DNA of 64,000 nt from the human T2T-CHM13v2.0 reference genome, Homo sapiens. The position numbers and the translations under genes were made by a program. The number at the start of each line of letters is the position of its first letter. The stretch's first letter is position 1. Shown piece by piece: positions 1-11,696 of the stretch. The notes beneath the pieces are model-generated. The model had not been told where the DNA came from. It was given only the letters and a program-made list of their open reading frames with translations, and made no database searches. The stretch lies in the NCBI RefSeq assembly GCF_009914755.1, contig NC_060938.1. One strand, given 5' to 3'.

Positions 1-520
1 CTGAAGCTTTACTTGGCCTACTGAGGTGATATCCTTCACACTAACCTATCTGATGCCATAAATATTATAGGGTTTCTCCTCTGGCTAGTGGGAATGAGAA
101 CTATGCCCAGCTCTATGTGAGCTGTAGGAATTGTTTGACCTATTGCTTGTCGAAGATTCTTTCCTCTGCCTTGTGGAGTTTTTTTTTTTCCACGTTAGCA
201 CAGATCAGTAGTTAGCCAATGTACCAGGAGAACCTCTCTGAAGATCTTTGGACCTCTATCTGGGTTCCCCTACTTCCTCTTTGGGATTCTGTGCTGCCCC
301 CCAAATTCTAGCTGCCTCTGCCTCCCAAACTTTTCTCTTTATCTTCTCAATTCAGGGAATCTTCTCAGTTCTTTTTGGATTCCTTTCCTCACTGTGGACC
401 AAAACTGCCTCCAGTCATTAAGTTTGGGGAATCATTAGGCTCACCTAGTTTGTTTTCCTTCAGTGTCTAAAAACCATTTGATGTGTTTTATCCACTTTTC
501 TAGTTGTTTATGGCAGAGGA
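1..520 (-). mobile_element. Old L1M fragment
   Basis: aattctagctgcctctgcctccc...gctcacctagtttgttttcctt...ttttctagttgttta pattern typical of L1M relics. Confidence 0.45.
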
Positions 521-3500
521 CAATTCCTGCAGCAATTAATATTTGATGGCCAAGAACTGAAAGTTCCTGGATGTAACAGGTTATTTTTCAGAACTCCCCA
601 AAACTGGAAGAAACGCATTGAAAAATGTGGAGGGGAAAAAAAGTACAGAGGCATCTTTTGCATAATTATGTGTGGAATATGATGCTTTTTATACTCATTC
701 TGAGAAATGGTCCTTGAAAGTAATCACTTGCCAGTGGAAGTTTGTAGATTGTCCAGAGTTTGTGGTGCATGTGACAAGTTAAGAGTCTGAAAGGAAGTAT
801 TTCTTTTTTATTATCAGAATCTTTGCTTTTAATTGCTTTATTCACTAAAGTGGATAACTTAGACCTCAGCTACAGTTTTCAGTTATTATACATGGAAGCT
901 TAGGAAACATCACGACTTTTACTCTTGGAGAAAATAATTTCCAAATCCTAGACAGATGACTTTCAATTGGAAGATGCTTTTGAAAGAAAGACTCATTAGA
1001 GGGAGTTTCAGGATTTTGTCTCCTGGTTATTGAAACTTGTACTGAAGGTAAAAATCCAATGGATTTACAACTTTGCAAATCTTATATCTGAAAAAAAGAA
1101 TCCAACTTTTCCTAGAAAGCCCACTATGAGGAGCAACACCATGTTTTCTTCATTCATTCTTCCAAACGTGAAAGTCATGAAGGAATATAGGCACTCCTCT
1201 CGATGAGTGCTTTTTAAATATTTGAATGATTTTGCCTGTGAATCAGAGATAAGGTGATTCCAAGGCAATTAATTGTAGGCAATATATAGTCTTTTTCTAG
1301 GGTAGGATTGAGCGAGTAAGTGAGCCATTTGTGTTGAGCAGTGGTCCTGCCATGCCTGCTGACTTGGAATAGTCTGCTCCTTGGGTTTCTCCAGGATAAA
1401 TGTTTATGTGTCAGTCTCAGTACTTCTGCCTTTCCAGTATGATTAGAGCCATATGAAAAAGCAGTGCTGAGCAGAGGTAGGGTGGTTTCTGGTTTTTGTT
1501 TGTTTGATTGATTTGGGGTTTTCTTTTTTAACTTCAACCTTCAAGGTTGAGGTATGGTTCCATTTTTCATGGAAGATTAACCCTATTTGTGTAGGGTAAG
1601 GTGTAATTCTGGTTTCCTTCCCCCACACCCTTTAAAAAGCATACTTTAAGCCTCTCTCAACGCATCAGAGGATGATTACTGTGAGAAGGAATGTTCTCTT
1701 TTGGTAATATGGAGGGGGACGCACGAACCGAACAACCAGATGATCCAGTAAATAGGTAGGTCAAATGGAGGTGACTGGACTGGGCTCTTCAGTTACTCAT
1801 TCCTGGATTTTGTTGACTTCACACACCAGAGAGACCAGAGAGGTTCACTGTTAAGTGGCTTTATTTCTGTTTCTTTTAGAATAGATGGATAATAATTGAA
1901 TTGACCTTGGTTTGTATATTATTTCAAAACTCTAGTTGAGAAGAGTTACAGAAATAATGCCTGTGAATTGGCATATGGGAAATAGAATGTTGCTAGATAG
2001 GTAAGTACCACTGAAAATGAGATTCCACACTTGGTGTAACTGGCAGATTCATGGTAGTTATCTTCTAGAAGTAAGCTAAGAGAATGAAACACTGGGTGAC
2101 AGTAGCAGAGGCCGGCTTCTGATTGAAGATTCCCCTGGGAGAAGCATGAAGGATACAGCCATCCCTAGCTCCCAGTTATGTTCCTGACAGCTACCTTAGC
2201 AGTCTTGGATCCATGTTTCTATGGAATAACAGAAGGCACCTTGGTCTCCTTAGAGCACGTTGGCTAAAGATTTGATGACTCCACAGGGGAACTGTAGATC
2301 TCTGATTAATGGAAGGCTTTGTTAGGATAGAAGTGTCTTTTAATGTGTTGGAGACAGAATCTGTACATGAAAATGACAATGGTAAATATGTTGTGAAACT
2401 ATAATAAAGCCATATATAAAAGAAACATTTTTATCATTTCTCTTAAGGGCTTTTAAAACTGTATAATGTTTTGTCTTTTTAAGTTTATTTAGCAACTTGT
2501 CTCCAGCTTGTGTAATCACTGCAAAATCCCCCAAGGGGGTGTTAAACAAGGACTTTTGTAGCAGTAGAAAGTCTTGTTCGATTTTCCAGATGAATTTTTT
2601 AATTTGAAGTCTGTAGGTTGTGCTTTTGATCTTCTTTACTTTAAAGAGTACCTGGCCTTGGAGCCTCACTTTGCATCATTCTGCACATGTACAATGTGTG
2701 TGTGTGTCTCTGTGGGTGTCCCCACAGCAAATGCTGCTGCTTTGAGTGTGTCTAGGTAACAACATAATCTTATCCCCATAATTTATGTAGGGTAAAAATT
2801 AAATCTAGAATCTCCAAAGCCCTTTTCTGGTTTCATAAAATTTTTCACATATAATGAAAGGTATCAAGGTAAAAGGCAGGTTTTATTAGCATTTGGGTAT
2901 GTTTAATTTAGTAAATTATTTTAGCACGTTTCTTAACTTTCCGTTTAAAAATATAAAATATGAACTTTCTGAAAAGATACTAGATTAAGCTAAATTGTTT
3001 TTTACCCATGGGAGTTTTGGAATATAATTTAGGAAGAAAAATCCCATTAAGGAAAAGCACACCACGGTCCTACAGCTGACTGTCATCTTGGCCAGCACAT
3101 TCTCTCAAAGTGCCAGTTTCTTAACCTGTAAACTTAAAAGGTTGGATGAAGTCATCTCTAAAATCTGATACAGTGATAAATTTTTCATTTGATTGCACTT
3201 TGTTACATTTGTTTCCAGTTAGGAATAGATAGAAACTCAGAAATTATTTTATACCTGTCACTAAATTATAAAAATTACAAGAATTCATTAACAATACTAG
3301 GAGCTCTAAGGCTTTTCTTAGTTTCAGATCCCTGGAAACAAACTGTGTAGTAAGTGAAATAACATTTTTTAAGTATGTGGTACATGGTGGTTACATGGTA
3401 GTTAAACTCTGCATAGGATCCGTAATGGATTCATCTTTTGTGAAATGTAGCAGGCAGTTATAGCAGCATTTCATACTTGTCCTGCCTTATGTATCTTTTT

Positions 3501-3589
3501 AAAGTTTAATTATCAGTATGTGATTATTCACAGCATTTTCAACCTCAGTACTTCTGATGTGCTTTACAGAATTGTGAAATATACACATA

Positions 3590-4090
3590 GAAGAGTGTTT
3601 GTAATGTCTGTACATTTTAAACAATAATAGTGATGAAAGAACACCATTGTATTCACTACCAAGTTATGAAAAAAATTTCTGTAGAACCTTTGAAGTTCTC
3701 TGCTGCTTTCTGAATATGTCATCCTACCTCCAGCCTCCCCCACATTACAATTTTGAAGTTAATCATACCTTTGCCTTTCTTTAGTTTTATCACACATATA
3801 TATGTATCCCTAAATGAATCATTCATTAGTTTTGCTTATTTTTGAACTTTCTTTTTTTCTTTTTGAACCTGACATGTGAACATAAGAACCTTCTATTTGT
3901 AATCTGTCATATGTATTCTTCTGTTACTTGCTTTTTTCCTTAATGTTGTTTTTTGAGATTCGCACTTGTTAATGTGTAGCTGTAGTTCATGATTTTTCAC
4001 TGCTTAATTGTTTTAATGTACCATATTTTATTTAGTCTGTTGTCAGTGGGCCTTTGCGTTTCTAGCTTGTACATTTCCTTGTTGTTAGGA
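3590..4090 (-). mobile_element. Old L1ME 3' fragment
   Basis: tatgtattcttctgttacttgcttttttc...tttttgagatt...tgtagctgtagttcat. Confidence 0.55.
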
Positions 4091-4989
4091 GCCATGTAAT
4101 GACATAGAAAATCCTTTTGCAATGTTACCAGAAAGCTAGCAACTTCTCAAATATTTAGTTCAATCTTTGTTAGGGGCATTATGCTCTCTTTGGGAAGAAG
4201 TATTTCAGGGGAAAATAAGTAAAGTTAATGTTAAGATTCATATATTGCTACTAGATAATGAGAATTTCACAGCAAAGTCATTATCTAGAAAACTGCAGTT
4301 CCTGTGTCAGAGGGAATTGAGTGCAAGTCCCATGAATGAGGGAATCAAAGATTTCATTGTGGAAATTAGAAGCAGATGCTTCTAAGTTGGAGGATTTTCC
4401 CTGAGAACAGCACTTTTTGTTGGCGATGTCATGCTAGAAATTCATCTTGGTTGAAAGGAATTTTTGTGCCTGGTTGCTAAACCTGATATGACTTTTGAAT
4501 ACAGATGGCTGTGAAAGTAGTTTCTGTGGTTTAAAATTCATGAATTTTACCATTGCCTTTGTTCTTGTTGGTTGCCTATCTAACATCTTCTCTTATCCCC
4601 CAGCTTCCCATAGGTACCCAAATTTTGGTTTTGATGTCCGTGTACTTCAGGGGAAGTTAACACACCGCCAGATCTAGATGTGGGCCCTAGGTGGCTTAGG
4701 CTAGTTCAACTATTCCCTGCCCCTGTTCAGTGCTGAAGGACTTGTGAACTCTCCAGTCAGGTAGAGATTCAGTATTCTTGTTTCCTTCCACATTCTGGTT
4801 GATTTGGCCACTCTGAGAGATGCCAGCCTTAAGATGGAGCTGATTTCAGGGTGCCAGGAGAAACTAGGTTCTGTGTATGACAATGTGAGCCACCACATCA
4901 AACCACCTGTGGGGCCACCCATTTCACTTTAGGCTCCAAGTCACTCTATTTATAAATTTCGCTTATTTAACTAGTCCTGTTGTTTACTA

Positions 4990-5180
4990 ATAGTTAACAC
5001 TTATCTAGTGCTTACCATATGCCTTATAATACCCTATAAAGTATGTACTGTTATAATTTCCATTTTATAGATACGGAAGCTGAGATAGAGAGGTGAAGAG
5101 ACTTTGTCAAAGGTCATACAGTTAGTATTAATAAATAGCTGGCTAAGAGTCAGACCCAGGCAGTTTGGCTTCAGAGTCCA
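4990..5180 (-). mobile_element. MIR
   Basis: cattttatagat...gctgag...aaggtcatacagttagt...cccaggcagtttggcttcagagtc. Confidence 0.7.
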
Positions 5181-5489
5181 GATTTGAGTTGGATATTTTT
5201 GGTACTTGCAACTTAGTGCGTCCCAAACAGTGTGTCTCCTTATGTGTTTGCTTTCACATAAGTTGGCTTAACCTGACACACATGGAGACTTTTGCAGAAA
5301 CTATTTTGTGGACAGTGTTGGAGGATCGTATTCTCACATTATGTCCACTAAATTTGGAGACAAGAAGAAATGTACACATTTCCTCTATAACTAATATGCA
5401 GAAAATATTCAAGAAGCTCTGACCAACGCTGACTCCCATTGTGGGGGAAAAGTGTGTCGTAAAGGAACATAATTTTTAACTTAATTGCT

Positions 5490-6130
5490 AGGGATTCATT
5501 CACATTTCTGGTAAGTCTAAATAGTGTATTTAACAAGTCCTACTGGATACCTATACAGAGCCAGTACTACCCTGGGCATTAGTGACATAAGGATGCTGAC
5601 AGCCTACCCTTGAGGAGACTCCAGTCCTCCATGGGGAGCAGGAGAAAAACTGCTGAGTTGCCTAGGAACGTGGAGGCATGCTTCACAGACCAGCATCTTG
5701 AGTTTCCAGGGAGAATGAAGATATTTTGTGATTTCATTATGTTCTTTTGGAGTGGGTGGGTGGGTGGGATAATATGCAAGGGATAATATTGTAGGCAGAG
5801 GGAACAGCATGGTCAAAAGCATAGAAGTATGAAAGCAAGACTTGTTCAGGGATCCGTGAGGAAAAGAACTGCAGTAATTCAGAACATGAATTGGAAAATA
5901 CTCACACTGAGGAGGAATGGGACCCGATGGTGAAGGATTACTGTGCTTTAGTGTTAGGTGTTGTCCTGTGGATGTGCTGAACTGTTAAAGAATGTGAGCA
6001 ATGGTGTGATATGTATGATCAGATATGCAATTTAAGAGGTCACCCTGGCAGCATTGTGGGGGATGGCTTTAAGGAATGAGACAAGACAGAGAACATTTAA
6101 AAATTTAGGTGAGAACACAGTGAGGTTGTA
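5490..6130. mobile_element. LINE-2 relic, opposite orientation to the 32.3 kb copy
   Basis: cattcacatt...gacagcctacccttgaggagactccagtc...ggcagagggaacagcatggtcaaaagc...atgatcagatatgcaatttaag. Confidence 0.55.
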
Positions 6131-6194
6131 TAGTAGAGAAGAAAGCTGTTAAAAAGGCTAGACAAAAGGAAGGATTTTTTTTTCTTACTAAGAT

Positions 6195-6350
6195 TATATA
6201 AAAATATACACACATGTGTATAGATGTATATATTTGCTATATATAATGCATACTATATATGTATGATGCATATTATATATAATATATATTATGCATATAT
6301 ATAATGCATATGTAGCATATAGAGAGAGAGAACAAATAATACAGAGAGAG
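6195..6350. repeat. (TA)-rich low-complexity tract with atgcat repeats and (GA)n
   Basis: tatataatgcatactatatat...tatgcatatatataatgcatat...agagagagag. Confidence 0.8.
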
Positions 6351-8304
6351 CAAATAATTTTCCCAACCTTTCAGTCATTGAGGATCACTTTCATTTGTCG
6401 TTTCCCCCACCTTCCTTAGGCTTAATGTTTGGAAAGATTGTCTGTCAAAACAAATTAAGTCATTTGTTTTCTTTTTTTTTTTTTTTTTTGCTTTGGCATG
6501 TAAAGCTAAGTGTGCTATCAAAATAAGTGCCTGAAAATAATACTAATATTACTTAAGTGAAAGATCTTTTAATTTCCCTTGAGATATTATTGTGGGAAAA
6601 TATGCCATTTCTATCAGGCTTTTTGAGATATTTGAAGATCCCCATCACTTCTTTTATGGGCTTCATTGTAATAGTTGATTAACAGAATTATGCTTATTAC
6701 TGTTCAGTTTAGGAAGGATATACCAGACCTGTGCTTTGGAGAAATATGTTTTTAATCTCTAATGTAAGACAAGTGATAATTTCATTTTCCCAAGTACCTA
6801 TTGTCATTAGCCTTTGCTTTGCCTCTGTAATCAAATAAATAGCGTGAGTATGGTGGTAGCAGAAAATAATGCCAAAGAAGAAGGGGGAAGGGTTGAGTCC
6901 AAACAGCACAGGGTGCAAAACCTCGGTTAAAGCTAGAGAAGGCGATTCATTGGTTGAGTTAACAAAGAACAAAACTTTGAAAAACAGTCCGTGGTGTACT
7001 ATGCTGTGTGCCATCCAAGCGAATCTTGTTGGAAGCCTCTCAGGCTTTCCAACTGAAGAAAAGCCTTATATTTCAGGAGAAGGCTCTGTAACCAGGCTTC
7101 TCATCTGTTCAGTCTGAGTTTGCATGGGGCAGCAGCACAGGCCCAGGCCTCTCCACTAGGGCCCTTATCTGTATTACTTCCCACCCTTGCAATTCTTTCT
7201 TCTCCCCATACATGCTGTTAACCTCCCTTCATGGAATCTTTCCTGAATGCCATGCTCCTCCCAGTTCTCAGCCTTTTCTCAAATCCCACAGCCTTCATTT
7301 TACTGTACAGTTTAGCATTTAATTTAAGATGTAGTTGCATTACTTCCTATTGTTTCTACGCTATTAATTTTGACTCTTGAAAGAGTATAAACTGTCTAAG
7401 GGCTAAAATTTAGAAATGGTGTTGAGAGACAAATATGTATGAACTACACTTTAACAAGTGCTAGAGTTCTCAAATACCAGTTGGTTTATGCTTATTCATT
7501 GACTAACAGAATACTTATGATCTTTTTCTTGCTTTTTTTTTCTCTTTGATTTAGCAGCTTTCTTTATTCCTGCTAGTCCTATTCTAAAATTATATAGTGA
7601 AAGGGTAATTTTTGGCTATAGTGGGTATTTGTGATTTAGGGGATGATGTGCTCAATAAACGTTTATTATTATTGATGTTATTTTTTTATATACTATGATT
7701 TACTAATCTGTTCCTGTCTTTTCCCTATTTAGATTTTTCTCATTTTTTACTTTGATAAATAACACTTTAGTGAGTACTTTTGTTCAGAAATGTTGAATGC
7801 TTTGTTTGAATTATTTCTTATCCATTCGCTGCAAGTGGGATTATTGGGTGAAAAGGTATGAACATCTCTATGACTCTTACTACAAAAAAAGCCAAATTGG
7901 TTGCAGTGATTTATAATGCTAACCACAGCTTATGATTCGATTTCACTAATTTTTCTCTTTATTGCAATAGAAAGTTCTTTGCTGGTCTTTTTATATTCTC
8001 CCTTTTCTATAGCTGAGTACTACCCACATAATGTTTTTCGTTAGAGTATGATGAGCATTACTTGGCACCAATGCAAGTCCACTTTAATTGGAAGGTTCTT
8101 TTTTTGTTCCTAACCCCGAGGTTAACCTCATTGGTTAAATACAGAAGTTAAATAATCTGTTAGCTGCCAACAGGAGAAAAACACCATTTATTTAGATTTC
8201 AAGATATGATAAAATAGCATAGATAGTGACCACTACATGTTTGCAAACAACAGTGCTTCCACTTGCTTTCCATGATATGAAGCCAGTTATGTTTCTTGCT
8301 AGTA

Positions 8305-8520
8305 AATACAGTAACACATACTGTATATCAAGCTCTGTTCAAAGTGCTTCACATATGAGTAACCCGTTTAATAAACTTCACATGAATCTCAATTCAAAGG
8401 TGAGCAAAATTGATCAAAGAAGTACAGAGACTTGCCCAAGGGTACCCAGGTGGGAAGTGTCTGAGCTTGGGTTCAAACCCAAGCTGTTTGGCTCCAGAGT
8501 CCAAGCTCTTAACAGCCTAT
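8305..8520 (-). mobile_element. MIR
   Basis: gacttgcccaagggt...gggttcaaacccaagctgtttggctccagagtccaagctcttaac. Confidence 0.7.
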
Positions 8521-9391
8521 TATGCTGCCTACTGCCATACAGTATTTCCTCTTTCAAAACTTAGCCTTTCTGTTGATTCAACAACTAGCCTGCATTTCAA
8601 GTGACATACACAGCCACTTACAATTGTATAGTATAATAATGTTACAGTCAGATTACAGTTTCTTAGCTTGCATTTGGTAATTAGCTTAATGGTTTTCCCC
8701 TTACCAAATTTATAAAATATGCTTCAAATTAAAGCTATTTTTACTAAAATTGCTATGATTACACTGTTTACTGATCAATTTTCAAATTACATATCAACCA
8801 TGCTTTCCAGTTATTTTGTTTGCAGTAAAAGCATTTTTTTACAGCTACTCTAATTTGTTACAAATGTACAATACAATAAAAGCATATTCTGCGTGATTCT
8901 GTAAAACACATTGTGGTCTTTAATAAGAGGACTATTCACCCACACATTAGTATGCAAGATGAGATATTCCTTTGTTGCTGAAAATTACTGTTATTAATTG
9001 CCCAATATGCTTTGTTTGCCTTAAATGAATTTTGCATTATTTCCATAAATTATTTACTGTGTTAGTGATTTATTTTGAATTATTTTCTACTTATATATTC
9101 CCTGTAAGTGGGATTATTGGGTGAAATAATAATTTACTATTATTTTAACCCAACCACCTAAATTTTTCAGCTACTCAGATTTTATCCCCCATCTTCTTGG
9201 TCTTCTCTGCTTATGGTGAATAGTGACTATTCTCCTTTTTTTGGATTGGAGAGAAACTTTAAAACTTAGAGCAGTTTTTTGTTTTTTTTTTTAAGTAAAG
9301 TAAATATCAATGTTGGTATAGCCAGAGATAGGAAACAGTGAATTAATGAATGAATGTATCAAGCAGTCAGTCAGCTTCTTGTTTGGATTAT

Positions 9392-9910
9392 CTGTATTAG
9401 AGAGGACTTACTCTGTTGCAAGTGGCAGAATTAACATAATTAGCTTAAGATAACTTGCTGGCTCACTATATGAGAATTTCTATGGATGGTTTCTGGCTTC
9501 AGATAGCTAGATGCAGCAGTTCAAATGATGCAATCAGGATTCTTTCTGAGCTTCTCTTTCCTCTGTGATGATGTCCTTCTCAGGAGATTTCTTACCATGT
9601 GGCATCAAAGATGATTGCCAGCAACTCCAGGCTCATATTATTTTCACAAAGAGCAATACAAAAAGAAGAGCAGCTCTCTCCTTCCCAGCGTTTATATCAC
9701 AAATTTCATGGAGGAATTCTGGTTTTGCTTGGGTTACATGTTCAGCATTTAGACCAAGCACTGTGGTTGGAGAATGAACCCTGTTTGGCCAGCTGTGAGT
9801 TACATCCCTCTCCTACATCACCCCCATCAGCCAGGGTGGGGACAACACACTGTGATCAATAGCCCCACTGGAAAGATGGTGCCAGGCAGACTAAAACAGA
9901 TGTCCTCTAC
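9392..9910 (-). mobile_element. Old MaLR LTR (MLT1-family)
   Basis: tgtattag...ctctgttgcaagtggcagaa...agcttaag...ggctca pattern; boundaries approximate. Confidence 0.55.
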
Positions 9911-10183
9911 CTTCCATTCTTTGGTCAGCCAGCACACATTTCAACCCATACACCCATACGCACTGTCTTTCAGTACATAAAATTTCAAAGGAGTAACCAC
10001 TTAATATAATGCCACTTTTCCATTTACAACCGACAATACGCTTAACTTCCCTACCCAAAAGTAGACTTCTTAAAGTTTAGCTCATTTGCTACATCTGGCT
10101 CCGAGGCCTAGATCTCTGTATGAGTGTATTTTTATTAATCAGTTGTAGATATTCCTTCTCATGACCTGGCAACTCATGACTAG

Positions 10184-10504
10184 TTTTTATTTTTTTTATT
10201 TTTGAGACAGAGCCTTGCTCTGTTGCTCAGGCTGGAGTGCTGTGGCACAGTCATTGCTCACTGCAGCAATGACTTGAGCCCATCTCCTGGGCTCAAGTGA
10301 TCCTCCTGCCTCAGCCTCCTGAGTAGCTAGGACTACAGGCATGTGCCACCATGCTCAGCTATTTTTTTTTTTTTAAACTTTTTTAGTAGAAATGGGGTCT
10401 CGCTCTGTTTCCCAGACTGGTCTCCAACTCCTAACCTCAATAAATTTTCCTGCCTCAGCCTCTCAAGGTGCTGGGATTACAGATGTGCGTCACTGTGCTT
10501 GGCT
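10184..10504 (-). mobile_element. Alu (AluJ-like), antisense
   Basis: Poly-T, then gagacagagccttgctctg...gggctcaagtgatcctcctgcc...ctgggattacag. Confidence 0.9.
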
Positions 10505-11481
10505 TTGACTCTTGTTTTAATGAACAATCTTTCCCACCCAAATAACCTGATAGCTAATACTTATATCCATTATCTCATTTAACCCTTCCAATAATCTTAG
10601 GCGGCCAATACTACAGATGTTACAGATGAAGAATCAGATTTAGAGGTCAGGTAACTTACCGAAGGTCACACAGCAGGTGTTGTGGAATCCAGATTAAGAT
10701 CCAGATTTGACTGATTTGAGAAAGGGTTATTTAACCCTTAAATCTATCTTCTTAATCAGTAATCTGTTTGTATTGTCTCTAAACATGAGGTTAAGCCATA
10801 TCAAAGGCGATCTTAGCCTTTCCACAGTGCCTCATTTATCCACCAGAGCAATGGTTGGAAGGTAGGAAAGAGACGGCAACAAAGAATCTGATGTTCTTTC
10901 CAGAGTATTTGGCTCCAGATGGTTGATAGATGTCAACTACTTTCTTTATAGGTAAAATGGTAACTGTAAAACAGGCCATGAAACAGAGTGTTCAGTTTAT
11001 CTCTCACCTTAAGTGAGAAAAGTAAATCTGTGGCTCCTAAATGTTTTGTTTTGTTTTTAAATAAATAAATGACCCTTAAAAAAAAAAAAACCCTCATAGT
11101 ACAGAGTATGCAAGCAAATTAAAATAGTTGTTTCCAGGTCAGATTTTATATTTTCAGGTACTGTTATCAAAATAAAGGACTCTTCAGGAACAAGCAGGTG
11201 GGGATTGTGGAAGTGTATTTATGTGAGAAGTTTGGCTGTATACTGCAGTAAATATTTAAGTTTTAAGAAGTTAAACTTCAAAGCTATTCCAAAGCCAGAG
11301 GCCACACACATTCAAGAGGTTGAAAATTGTCTTTAAAGTTCAAGCCAGATTTCTGAGTTTAGCACTCAGTTGCTAATCTTTAGCTGGAAAATATGTATTT
11401 AGTAAGAATTGTATTATTAAATAAAAAACAGCTGGATGGTAAAAAGTAGCCCATAGTGTCTCTATATGGAAACCTGTGGAG

Positions 11482-11696
11482 CACTAGTTCTCAACCATGG
11501 GTAATTTTGCCCCCAGAGAACATTCTGGAATGTCTGAGGGCATTTGGGATTGTTACAACTGATGGGAGAGGGGCTCCTGGCAGCTAGTGAGTAGAGGCCA
11601 GGGCTGCTGCTGAACATCCTACAATGTGCAGGACAGCCCCCCACCAAAAAGAATATTTGGCCCAAAATGTCTGTAGTGGCAAGTTTAAAAAACCCT
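11482..11696 (+). mobile_element. MER20 (hAT-Charlie)
   Basis: gttctcaacc...ttttgccccccag...gtagaggccagggctgctgctgaacatcctacaatg...ggcccaaaatgtc. Confidence 0.85.

Noticed and set aside
883-1047. Possible non-coding 5'UTR cassette exon (ttttcag ... gaag|gtaaaa)
   Set aside because: Short pyrimidine tract and modest donor; cannot be supported without transcript data.
866-2759. Cluster of 60-109 aa ORFs near the window start, mostly on the minus strand
   Set aside because: No recognisable protein motifs or splice-consistent structure; lengths are as expected by chance, and many start at TTG or GTG.
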